Below, piece after piece: positions 1 to 8,097 of a DNA stretch of 25,664 bases. Under the pieces are notes generated by a model that saw only the letters and a program-made list of their open reading frames with translations, had not been told where the DNA came from and did not search any database. Location: NCBI GenBank assembly GCA_043815885.1, contig JBDRIL010000048.1:1-25664 (forward strand). The letters are read 5' to 3'. Each line of letters opens with the position of its first letter. Within the stretch, counting starts at the first letter, position 1. A program made the position numbers and the translations under genes. Source of the DNA: an archaeon (GTDB taxonomy: Archaea; Iainarchaeota; Iainarchaeia; Iainarchaeales; 1-14-0-10-31-34).

Positions 1-492
1 CAGGACTGCGGTGAATGTCCTGCTCCTGACACCGGCGGCGGTGGCGGAGGAGGCGGAGGAGGTGGCGGAGGTGGCTGCTCTCCTACGTGGGAATGCACTG
101 CATGGAGTGAATGCACTCCAGAAGGAAAACAGGCAAGGGAATGCATTAAATCAAATAAATGCTCTAAAGATACTGGAAAGCCAGCAGAGGAGCAGGAATG
201 CTTCTATGTCGAACCAGTAGAAGAAGAAACAACTCCAATGGTTGAGGAAAGCGATGGAACAGGAGAAACTACTTCCAATTATCCTTCAGGCGAAGAAGCA
301 ATCGGCGGGGAAGAGGAAACAACTCCTGGAACAGGAGGATTTATTCCTGCAACAGGATTCTTTGGATTGGGGGCAACAAACGAGGCAATGCTGCTTGGGT
401 TAATTCTATTGGTGGCAGTCCTCTTAATTGGATTATTCTATATAAAGAGAAAAGGAAAAGAGGAAAAGACTTCAACTAAAAAGAAGAAGTAA
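1..492 (+). CDS. C-terminal part (5'-truncated) of a membrane-anchored surface protein: Gly14 linker, thrombospondin-type-1-like Cys/Trp module, Thr/Glu/Gly linker, TM helix, basic tail
   Basis: Frame 1 is open from base 1 and in frame with ORF 238..492: QDCGECPAPDT-G14-CSPTWECTAWSECTPEGKQARECIKSNKC...IPATGFFGLG-hydrophobic helix-KRKGKEEKTSTKKKK. Confidence 0.85.
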   Translation, partial: QDCGECPAPDTGGGGGGGGGGGGGGCSPTWECTAWSECTPEGKQARECIKSNKCSKDTGKPAEEQECFYVEPVEEETTPMVEESDGTGETTSNYPSGEEAIGGEEETTPGTGGFIPATGFFGLGATNEAMLLGLILLVAVLLIGLFYIKRKGKEEKTSTKKKK

Positions 493-520
493 TTCTTCTT
501 TCTTTTTTTTATCTTTTTTT
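480..520 (+). terminator. Putative terminator (A/T-rich inverted repeat followed by T tracts)
   Basis: AAAGAAGAA-gtaa-TTCTTCTTT spans the stop codon and is followed by two oligo-T runs. Confidence 0.55.
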
Positions 521-582
521 CACGTAAACTTTTTAATGAGTTTAATCCTAATTTTTTTAATTCAGTGGAAAAGTGATTTTAA

Positions 583-1035
583 TTGATTAGAAAGAGATGT
601 CCGCCAAAGCGCTTAAAGAGAATAGAAAGAATACTCAAAAGGGATGCCCACAAGATGAGAACCCTTGGAAGAAAACGTGTTCTTATAGAGCGTTTATCGG
701 GCAAAAAAGCTGAAGTCTGGGGTTACAATAGTTTTCTTGAAAGATACAATAATTTTCACTGGATGTTTATGCCTCTAGTGAAAGAAGAAACAGGTACAGA
801 AAATTTTCGCAGAAAAAGCCAGAGGAAACGTTTGGAAAAACACAGCTATTCTTTTGAAATGCTTCAAAAAGAAAAAGGAAGGCTTGTTAGTAGAACAATA
901 AAGGCAATGACCAGACATTACGAGCCTTTTGGGTTAAAAGAAAAAGAATTCAAGAAAAATGCCGGGCCATTGCTTTACGAATTATATCTTTTTCTTAGGA
1001 GCAAGGGCTTCACTAATCGCGAATTAATCTCATAA
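583..1035 (+). CDS. Hypothetical basic protein (150 aa)
   Basis: TTG start; Lys/Arg-rich ORF that fills the gap and abuts the convergent gene at 1036; no motif recognised. Confidence 0.65.
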   Translation: MIRKRCPPKRLKRIERILKRDAHKMRTLGRKRVLIERLSGKKAEVWGYNSFLERYNNFHWMFMPLVKEETGTENFRRKSQRKRLEKHSYSFEMLQKEKGRLVSRTIKAMTRHYEPFGLKEKEFKKNAGPLLYELYLFLRSKGFTNRELIS

Positions 1036-1623
1036 TTATTTGCACTCAATCACTCTTTTCTCTGTAATGATTTTGTGGGCGTGTTTGTCGTGTTTTTTTG
1101 AGGGAAGCTTTTTATTGCTTATTTGATTCTCGAAGGCAAGTGCAATCACTGGAACTGATTTCTTTACTTTTTTCAGGAATGAATCGTAATAGCCTTTTCC
1201 GAAGCCAATCCTGCATCCTTTTTCGTCAAAGGCAATTCCTGGCACAATTATTAATTCCAGTTCTTTTTCGTTTACTGGGCGGAGGAATTCCCTTTTTGGC
1301 TGGAATAATCCAATCCTGCTGGAAATCAATTCCTTTTCAAAGTCCCTTACCTCTGATAAATAAATCTTTTTCTTTTTGAAGTCAGTAATCGGAATAACTA
1401 TTCTTTTATTTTTCTTTATTGACTCCTTAATTAATTCGTGTGTTCTTGCTTCATTCCTGAAGGAAATATAACTCATTATGGTTTTGGCTTCAATGAATTC
1501 AGGCAATTCAAGCAGTTTTTCCTTTATTTCATTGCTTTTCTCGAATACCTCCAGCTTGGAGAGAAGGTTTCTCTTCGATAAAAACCTTTCCCTGAGTTCT
1601 TTCTTCATTTCCTTTTCAACCAT
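1036..1623 (-). CDS. 5-formyltetrahydrofolate cyclo-ligase
   Basis: N-terminal KKELR; YISFRNE; signature LIIVPGIAFDEKGCRIGFGKGYYD; C-terminal HD..AHKIITE. Confidence 0.93.
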   Translation of the reverse strand: MVEKEMKKELRERFLSKRNLLSKLEVFEKSNEIKEKLLELPEFIEAKTIMSYISFRNEARTHELIKESIKKNKRIVIPITDFKKKKIYLSEVRDFEKELISSRIGLFQPKREFLRPVNEKELELIIVPGIAFDEKGCRIGFGKGYYDSFLKKVKKSVPVIALAFENQISNKKLPSKKHDKHAHKIITEKRVIECK

Positions 1624-1683
1624 AATAAAGCGTATTGGGATAAGTTTTTTAATGATTAGAGTGATTATTCTTAATGAATTATA

Positions 1684-2280
1684 ATGCAGGAAAAAGAATC
1701 AGTTACATCTCTTTCAAGAATTATTGACGAGCAGATAGACAGGGTATTCAATGAAATAAACCTGGAAGTAGAGGGAATGCAGGAGATTTCGGCAAAGGAG
1801 TTAATGAAAAAGAAATGTGATTCAAGCGGGCTTTCAGCAATAATTTATTCCCGTGTAAGGCCTAAAGAAGCAGATAAAGGAGAAATGGAAGTTAAAGGAA
1901 ACCTTGTTTCTGTAATGCCGATTGATTCAATGCTGATGCTAATTGATTTATTGGAGGGAAAGGAATTCAATTCAACCACCCACTTAAATGACAGGAAATT
2001 AATTCCAGTTAAAAGGACATGGAATGACTTGCTTATTGCATTCATTCAGGGAATAAATAATTACTTTAAGATTGAGGTTGAATTCAGTGAACCAAAGATA
2101 GTGGTTTCATTGAAAGAAAACCTGGCTGATTTCTGTACCACTGGCTTAATAGAAGAAAAGAATGGTTTACTGGTTGAAGCAGGATTTGATGTAGGCGGCA
2201 CACAAATAAACGGGAAACTCTGCCTCTTTCTCTCTTATCCCGATGAAAACAACTTACTGAAAAGGGCTGCAAATGAGTGA
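1684..2280 (+). CDS. CheC-like (CheC/CheX/FliY fold) protein with degenerate catalytic motif
   Basis: Pattern G.L..VMP.DS...LIDLLEGKE...T..L...(KRTWNDLL)..F..GI..YF...V.FSEP and C-terminal LLVEAGF.V....INGKL.L match CheC by eye. Confidence 0.65.
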   Translation: MQEKESVTSLSRIIDEQIDRVFNEINLEVEGMQEISAKELMKKKCDSSGLSAIIYSRVRPKEADKGEMEVKGNLVSVMPIDSMLMLIDLLEGKEFNSTTHLNDRKLIPVKRTWNDLLIAFIQGINNYFKIEVEFSEPKIVVSLKENLADFCTTGLIEEKNGLLVEAGFDVGGTQINGKLCLFLSYPDENNLLKRAANE

Positions 2281-3283
2281 AGCTGAATTAAAAGAATTAA
2301 TAGAAGAAATAAAGAAGAAACCAGAAAAGACAATAAACCTCAGGGAAGGAACCGAAAAGAGGGCTTTGCTGCCAGAAGAAAAAAAGAGTTTTATTGTAAA
2401 GATTCCTTCAATCCAGCACAAGAAAGCACTGGTATTGCTGACAAAGAAACTGCTTGAAAACAACAATAAAATATTGCTTGTCAGCCTAATGAGGTTAACT
2501 GACCCGCTAAAAAATGAGTTAACGGAATCAGGAGTAAACTTAAATCAAATCACGTTTATCGATGCCATAAGCCAGAAGCTATCAAATAACCCGCTTGAAG
2601 CAGAAAGAACGATATTTGCTTCCTCACAGGATTCATTTGCAGAGATAAGAGACTTAATAGACGAAAAAGCAAGAAGCCTAAATCCAAGAATAATATTATT
2701 CGATTCACTGTCAATAGTAAATGTATTTGTAAAAAAAGAGCAATCACTTGTCTTGCTTGACGACCTTATTGCAAAGACAAAAGCCTACAAGTGCAAGAGC
2801 TACTTCACTATACTGGAGGAAGACCTTAACCCTGAATACGAAACCGCATTAAGTGAAACAGTGGATGAACTCCTTCCAATAAATAAAATCATTCCTGAAA
2901 GCCTTCTTCCAAAAAAAACGCCAAAACCAGTTAACCCAGCAAAAATAAGCTTAAATAAAGTTCAGGCCACCCAAGTAAAAAAAGAATTAAAAAAATTGAA
3001 GGCCCTGGCCAAAAAAGTTAAGCCAGAACCTGTCAAAAAGGAAGCAGAGAAACCAAAAAAAATTGAGCCAGAGAAAAAGAAGAAGCAGTTCAAGCCAAAA
3101 ATAAAGAAAATTCCTGAAATAAAAAAGAAGCCAGTAAAAATAAAAGGTTTAAGCGAAGAAGAGAGAATAAAGCTAGAGAAAAAACTTTCATTGATTGAAA
3201 GAAGCCATGAATTAGGGATAATAAGCGATAAATCCTATATTGAAGGAAAAAAAGAGATAGAAAGAAAACTTTCAAGCAAATAA
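2273..3283 (+). CDS. Inactivated KaiC/RecA-superfamily domain protein with Lys/Pro-rich linker and SHOCT-like C-terminal helix pair
   Basis: ILLVSL, ITFIDAISQ, Walker-B-like IILFDSLS, ..VDELL; no GxxxxGK[ST]; C-terminal LIERSHELGIISDKSYIEGKKEI; overlaps the upstream stop. Confidence 0.65.
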   Translation: MSEAELKELIEEIKKKPEKTINLREGTEKRALLPEEKKSFIVKIPSIQHKKALVLLTKKLLENNNKILLVSLMRLTDPLKNELTESGVNLNQITFIDAISQKLSNNPLEAERTIFASSQDSFAEIRDLIDEKARSLNPRIILFDSLSIVNVFVKKEQSLVLLDDLIAKTKAYKCKSYFTILEEDLNPEYETALSETVDELLPINKIIPESLLPKKTPKPVNPAKISLNKVQATQVKKELKKLKALAKKVKPEPVKKEAEKPKKIEPEKKKKQFKPKIKKIPEIKKKPVKIKGLSEEERIKLEKKLSLIERSHELGIISDKSYIEGKKEIERKLSSK

Positions 3284-3347
3284 AAGGAAAAATTTATATA
3301 CAAAAGCATTATATCATATTATACAGTTGTTTTTTTGAGGTGTGCTG

Positions 3348-3686
3348 ATGCCAAAGAATAAAACCAGAAAAAGGAAAAGAGTCAAGGAAGTTAAGGTAAA
3401 AACCAAGGAGAGAGTATTGAGTTCAGCTTTAACGGAAATCGAAAACGAGTTAAAAAAATTAAAGAAAAAGAAAGCTGAAATGGAGAAAACAATCACTGAC
3501 TTAGTTAAAAGCGTTACAGATACACAGAACGCGGAAAACATGCTGAGAAACAAGATATCTTCCTTGGTTGGAAAGGAATCCTTTCTCAACAGCAAGAAAG
3601 AAAAGATAAAGGAAAGCCTGAACAAGCTTAGTGAAAAGATTTCAAAGGTCAGCAAGATTGACGCTGAAATGAAGGAATTAGAGTAA
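3348..3686 (+). CDS. Coiled-coil protein with basic N-terminus (112 aa)
   Basis: GAGGTG RBS at 3337-3342 before ATG 3348; TATA-like ATTTATATA at 3292-3300; heptad-rich K/E/L sequence. Confidence 0.8.
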   Translation: MPKNKTRKRKRVKEVKVKTKERVLSSALTEIENELKKLKKKKAEMEKTITDLVKSVTDTQNAENMLRNKISSLVGKESFLNSKKEKIKESLNKLSEKISKVSKIDAEMKELE

Positions 3687-3703
3687 TTCCTTTCTCTTTT
3701 TTT

Positions 3704-3800
3704 ATTGTATACCGAAGGTATACAATTTTTTTTGATAAAACTCCCAATTTGAGTATAACTCAAATGGGCCCCTTTGAATCCTTGGATTCAAATAGGGTTT
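3704..3800. repeat. Repeat family A, copy 1 (97 bp, three hairpins)
   Basis: 92/97 identical, ungapped, to 11555..11651; hairpins ATTGTATACC-GAA-GGTATACAAT, CCC(A)ATTTGAGT-ATA-ACTCAAATGGG, TTTGAATC-CTTG-GATTCAAA. Confidence 0.95.
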
Positions 3801-3828
3801 CTTAAAAGTTTTTTTATTTATTCTTACT

Positions 3829-4905
3829 CTATAATAACTTCAATAAATTTTTCCTGAATTTCTTGAGATCCTTTTTCTTTATTTTTCCGCCAGCAGCAGG
3901 TATATGGCCTCCTGCAAAACTCCCTTCCAGATTCTTGGTTGCTTTTTCCAGTAAATCATTCACTTTAACCCTGAAATCCTGTCTCCTTGCACTGATATCA
4001 ATAACTCCTTTCCCTAAATCCTGCACCACTACAACTGTCCTGCCAGGATTAGCAAAAGAAATCCTGTTAATTAAAGGAGATTTTATTGGATAAATGGGTT
4101 TAATGTAATAATAAATTAATTCCTTTGACGGAAAGAATTCAGCTCTTTCCTCAAAAGAGGAAATCCATTCATCCAGTTCCTTTTCAAGTCTTTCTCCGTA
4201 ACGCAGGAATTTCTTCTTCATCATCTCTTTTGGTTTTTTTGCCTTAACCATTAAATTAATTACTTTTTCCAATTCACCAAAAGAAATTGTTTCCACTGCA
4301 TCAATCAAAAACTTTATCCTTGAAAGAATGCTTTCATTTATTGGGCCTTTTATTTTTTCCTTCTTCATCGCATTAAGAATGAATTCCTTCCATTTCTTTG
4401 TTCCATTGTCTCCAATGATTCCAACTGCAGCAATCCATCCAGCCTCATCCAATTCAATTAATCCAGAGAATAAATCAAAGCACAGCTTTGAAGCAGGATA
4501 AAGGCTTCCGTCAACAGAAGAAATCATTTGGCTCTTAATCATTACAGTTTTCCTGGAATTCAAATCAGAATAAATTTTATGGTGATCCAGAACAAGAATA
4601 GAAGCAAATCTCTCTACTTTCTTTACGTTAGAGGGTCGCTGGTCAAGGGAAAGGTCTACAGCAATTAATCTGTTTACCTTCAATTGTTTTAATTTTTTTA
4701 TTGTTTTATTGGTTAGAGAAATTTCCCCGTTTTCTTGATGCAAGAGAACTGGAGAAGGTTTTCCCAGCTTCTTTAATGCCTTTACCACTATTGCCGCAGA
4801 ACAGACTCCGTCAGCATCAGTGTGATGAATTAACGCAAGTTTATCCTTCTTGTCAATTCCTTCAATAAATTCCTTGAATAAGCAAAGATATTTTTGTTCT
4901 TTCAT
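3829..4905 (-). CDS. DHH/DHHA1 family phosphoesterase (RecJ-like)
   Basis: HHTDADG, IAVD, LDHH, VGIIGD, ISAR and GGHIPAAG motifs. Confidence 0.92.
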   Translation of the reverse strand: MKEQKYLCLFKEFIEGIDKKDKLALIHHTDADGVCSAAIVVKALKKLGKPSPVLLHQENGEISLTNKTIKKLKQLKVNRLIAVDLSLDQRPSNVKKVERFASILVLDHHKIYSDLNSRKTVMIKSQMISSVDGSLYPASKLCFDLFSGLIELDEAGWIAAVGIIGDNGTKKWKEFILNAMKKEKIKGPINESILSRIKFLIDAVETISFGELEKVINLMVKAKKPKEMMKKKFLRYGERLEKELDEWISSFEERAEFFPSKELIYYYIKPIYPIKSPLINRISFANPGRTVVVVQDLGKGVIDISARRQDFRVKVNDLLEKATKNLEGSFAGGHIPAAGGKIKKKDLKKFRKNLLKLL

Positions 4906-4923
4906 TTATTGATTCTGAAAAGG

Positions 4924-4936
4924 AAAAGTATTTAAA
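4924..4936. promoter_or_regulatory. TATA-box-like element in a divergent intergenic region
   Basis: AAAAGTATTTAAA with TTTAAA 26-31 bp upstream of the DHH start; the same string occurs at 10313-10325 upstream of eno, and a variant at 19665-19677 upstream of mscS. Confidence 0.5.
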
Positions 4937-4953
4937 TGAAGTCTTGTTATTTA

Positions 4954-5045
4954 ATATCAAAGGACAAATTCCGTTTATATATTTTTGTCCTTTAATAGCC
5001 ATCAAAAGACATTAAAAAAGTTTCATAATTAATGTCTTTTGATAT
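4954..5045. repeat. Repeat family B, copy 1 (92 bp, two tandem palindromic units)
   Basis: 86/92 identical, ungapped, to 19681..19772; ends are inverted ATATCAAA...TTTGATAT. Confidence 0.95.
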
Positions 5046-5080
5046 AATTAGTAATAGGTTTTTATAGGAGGGATTTATTC

Positions 5081-5245
5081 ATGGCTTATAGTCACAAAAA
5101 CAGCAGGGAAGTTACATATTACCTGCATCAAAAAGGAAGATTATATTACTTTTCAAAAGACCCTTCTGGAGGAATTGACCTTCCTGACAAGTTCATGGTA
5201 GTGGAAAGCGAGAAAACCGGTCTTCCAATGGTAAAAAAGAAGTGA
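5081..5245 (+). CDS. Small basic protein (54 aa), not in the ORF track
   Basis: GGAGG RBS at 5067-5071; MAYSHKNSREVTYYLHQKGRLYYFSKDPSGGIDLPDKFMVVESEKTGLPMVKKK; ends 5 bp before the Nif3 ATG. Confidence 0.85.
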   Translation: MAYSHKNSREVTYYLHQKGRLYYFSKDPSGGIDLPDKFMVVESEKTGLPMVKKK

Positions 5246-5250
5246 GAGAC

Positions 5251-6207
5251 ATGAAACTAAAACAATTGCATGACTTTCTGGTAAACGAGGGAATAAATGC
5301 AGACCCCAGGGGAAAAAAAGAAATAGATTCCATGCTTGAAGAAAACAAGAAAAATTACAAGGAATTAAAGGAAGAAGAAAAAGAATTATTTGACAAGGAA
5401 AGTTTGTGGAATCCCTATCCAGATACAAGAGTTCTTTACGGAAAAGAGGACAAAAACATAAAGAAGATATTCATCGGAATAGACATGGAAGGAGAAGAAC
5501 TATTGCTTGCAGACAGACTGAATGAAAAAGGAGAAAAAATTGATTTAGTTCTTGCACACCATCCGGAAGGAAAAGCCCTTGCAACCCTCTATTCAGTAAT
5601 GCACATGCAGGAAGAAATCCTTCACCAGGCAGGAGTCCCGATAAATGTGGCGGAAGGAATAATGAGGGAAAGGATTGGAGAAGTGGAAAGAGGTCTCTCA
5701 GCAGTAAACCACAGGAGAAGCGTGGATATTGCAAGACTGCTGAAGATTCCGTTGATGTGCTGCCACACTGCATCAGACAACCATGTAGTGCAGTTTATTA
5801 GGGAGCTGCTGGAAAAAAAGAAGCCACAAAAAGTAAAAGACTTAATGAATATTTTACTGAATATTCCTGAATACAGGTTTGCTGCAATGAATGGAGCAGG
5901 ACCAAAAATATTTATTGGTTCAGAGGAAAACCGTTGCGGAAAAATCTATGTGGACATGACTGGAGGAACTGAACCCGCAAAGGAAGTATACGAGAAACTT
6001 GTCCAGGCAGGAATTGGAACAGTGGTTGGAATGCATTTAAGCAGTGAACATAAAAAGGAAGCAGAAAAAAACAAATTCAATTACGTTGTTGCAGGGCATA
6101 TTTCATCTGATTCCATTGGATTGAATCTATTACTGGATAAACTTGAAAGAAAAGGAAAATTCCAGTTCATTGAAGGAAGCGGATTCAAGAGAGTAAGAAG
6201 AAAATGA
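5251..6207 (+). CDS. Nif3-like (NGG1p interacting factor) dinuclear metal-centre protein
   Basis: YPDT, GIDM, LAHHPEG, CHTASDN, GMH and GHISSDSIG motifs; ATG 5251 preferred over GTG 5242. Confidence 0.88.
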   Translation: MKLKQLHDFLVNEGINADPRGKKEIDSMLEENKKNYKELKEEEKELFDKESLWNPYPDTRVLYGKEDKNIKKIFIGIDMEGEELLLADRLNEKGEKIDLVLAHHPEGKALATLYSVMHMQEEILHQAGVPINVAEGIMRERIGEVERGLSAVNHRRSVDIARLLKIPLMCCHTASDNHVVQFIRELLEKKKPQKVKDLMNILLNIPEYRFAAMNGAGPKIFIGSEENRCGKIYVDMTGGTEPAKEVYEKLVQAGIGTVVGMHLSSEHKKEAEKNKFNYVVAGHISSDSIGLNLLLDKLERKGKFQFIEGSGFKRVRRK

Positions 6208-7283
6208 AGCAAAAAGTAAACGAGTTATTCAGGGAAACAAAGATTGATTCTATTTTAATCAGGAATTTTTCTTCTTCCTCTGACCCTAATTTTTTTTATT
6301 TCACTCAATTGTACGGGGGAAATTATTCAATCAATTCACTCATCCTGGGGAAAGGAAAGAAACCACTGCTCTTAAGCAATAAACTGGAATTTGATTCAAT
6401 TCCAAAAAGCACTCTCTACAGCAAGAAAATATTTGAAAAAGAAAAAGAAATGCTTCAACTATTAAAACAAAACCTTAAAGGAAAGAGAATTGGAATCAAT
6501 GCAAAAATATTTCCCCTTTCCTCCTGCAAGAAATTAAGGAAAATTTTAAAAGGAAAGAAGCTAGTTGATGTTTCTGCTTCACTGGAAAAAATAAGGGAAA
6601 CAAAGACAAGAGAAGAAATAAAAAAGATAAGAAAAGCGTGCAGCATCAGCCAGAGAGTGCTTGATTCAGTTCCATCTATTTTCAGAAAAGGAATGAGTGA
6701 ACTGGAATTAAGGAATGAATTAGAGTACAGGGCAAAAAAACTGGGAGGAGAAGATTTTTCCTACAAAACAATTGTTGCTTCAGGAAAAAATTCTGCTTTC
6801 CCCCATCACAGGACAGGAAACAAGAAAATAGTCAGAGATTCAATTCTGCTCATTGATTTTGGCGCAAAGTATAAGGGATACTGTTCTGATTTAAGCAGAA
6901 CCTTTTTTGTCGGAAAAGCAAAAGAAAAACACAAAAAAATTTATTCCACTGTCTACAGAGCACAGCAGGAAAGCATTAAAGCAGTAAGGGAAGGAATGGA
7001 TTCAAAAAAATTGTTTCTCACAGCAGACAATAAACTGAAAAAGGAATTAAACCAGAACCTAATCCATGGATTAGGGCATGGAGTTGGAATTGAAGTGCAT
7101 GATTTCCCGGGAAAAATAGGGAAAGAAAAATCCTTCAAACTGAAGGAAGGAATGATTCTGGCTATTGAGCCAGGCTACTACAAAAAAGGCTTTGGCGGAA
7201 TGAGAATTGAAGACACTGTACTAGTGAAAAAGAATTGCTTTGAGCCCTTAAGCAGGGCACCAAAAGAATTAATTGAATTATGA
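6204..7283 (+). CDS. Xaa-Pro dipeptidase/aminopeptidase P (M24B family)
   Basis: SAFPHH, IDFGAKYKGYCSDLSRT, HGLGHGVGIEVHD, IEPGYY, GMRIED. Confidence 0.95.
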   Translation: MKQKVNELFRETKIDSILIRNFSSSSDPNFFYFTQLYGGNYSINSLILGKGKKPLLLSNKLEFDSIPKSTLYSKKIFEKEKEMLQLLKQNLKGKRIGINAKIFPLSSCKKLRKILKGKKLVDVSASLEKIRETKTREEIKKIRKACSISQRVLDSVPSIFRKGMSELELRNELEYRAKKLGGEDFSYKTIVASGKNSAFPHHRTGNKKIVRDSILLIDFGAKYKGYCSDLSRTFFVGKAKEKHKKIYSTVYRAQQESIKAVREGMDSKKLFLTADNKLKKELNQNLIHGLGHGVGIEVHDFPGKIGKEKSFKLKEGMILAIEPGYYKKGFGGMRIEDTVLVKKNCFEPLSRAPKELIEL

Positions 7284-7297
7284 ATTATATTTTATTT

Positions 7298-8065
7298 ATG
7301 CCTATCCAGCTCTCTGATGCAAAGAAATTGATTGAAGGGATCCTGAATAAAAGGGAAATGTTATTGGTTACTGGAGAGTGTTTTGTGAGGTATCAGGGGA
7401 GGGCTGGAAGCAAGCTCCCGAAAGGAAAGAGAATGCTGATGGTTAAGGCTGACAAGAGCTTTGCCATTCACCAGAACCGTTTTCTCAGGCCAGTAAATTA
7501 CATGATGAATGCAGTTGTTTCAACTAAATTAAAGGAAAACGTATTGGTTATAGAGGCATTAAAGAGAAAGCCAAAAGAATTAATTGAAGTTTTTTTTTAC
7601 TCTGTTGATTTTGTGAAGGGATTAGAGATAGAGGGAGAAAAGGATTTGAGTTTGTTTGGTTCAGAAAAGGAACTCTCTGACCAATTAATGCAGGACCTTT
7701 CCCTTATTGAACCAGGATTGAAACCATTAAAGCAGGAAAGCCCTTTAAGGAAAGGAGTAATTGATATTCTTGCAGAGGATTCAGAGGGAAGTATTGTTGT
7801 AGTTGAAGTGAAGAGAAGAAGAGCTGACCTGAATGCAGTGAGCCAGTTGCAGAGATACATGAAGCAAGTGGAAAAAATAAAGGGAAAAAAGACAAGAGGC
7901 ATTCTCTGTGCTCCTTCCATTGGAAAGCATTCAATGGAATTACTGGAAAGAAGTGATCTGGAATTCTATAAACTGGATTACGAGATCTCCAATCCAAAAG
8001 CAGAAATAAAAGGTCTCCAGAAAAAACAGAAAGGAATAAAGGACTTCATTGAGGGAAAACAATAG
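7298..8065 (+). CDS. nucS: Mismatch-specific endonuclease NucS/EndoMS
   Basis: CFVRYQGRAGSKL, KADKSFAIH, RPVNY, SEKEL, IDILAED..G..VVVEVKR, QLQRY, RGILCAP; start is 7298 or 7280. Confidence 0.95.
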   Translation: MPIQLSDAKKLIEGILNKREMLLVTGECFVRYQGRAGSKLPKGKRMLMVKADKSFAIHQNRFLRPVNYMMNAVVSTKLKENVLVIEALKRKPKELIEVFFYSVDFVKGLEIEGEKDLSLFGSEKELSDQLMQDLSLIEPGLKPLKQESPLRKGVIDILAEDSEGSIVVVEVKRRRADLNAVSQLQRYMKQVEKIKGKKTRGILCAPSIGKHSMELLERSDLEFYKLDYEISNPKAEIKGLQKKQKGIKDFIEGKQ

Positions 8066-8097
8066 GGTTAAAAAAGTTTTTGTGGGAGAAACAAGTA

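Noticed and set aside
11..220. 69-aa ORF from the track
   Set aside because: Shadow frame of the Gly/Cys-rich frame-1 CDS that continues to 492
3314..3763. 149-aa minus-strand ORF
   Set aside because: Antisense to the coiled-coil gene, which has a clear RBS; it starts inside repeat A and has Phe/Ser shadow composition
8061..8082. AATAGGGTTAAAAAAGTTTTT resembling the tail of repeat A
   Set aside because: Short, low complexity and lacking all three hairpins
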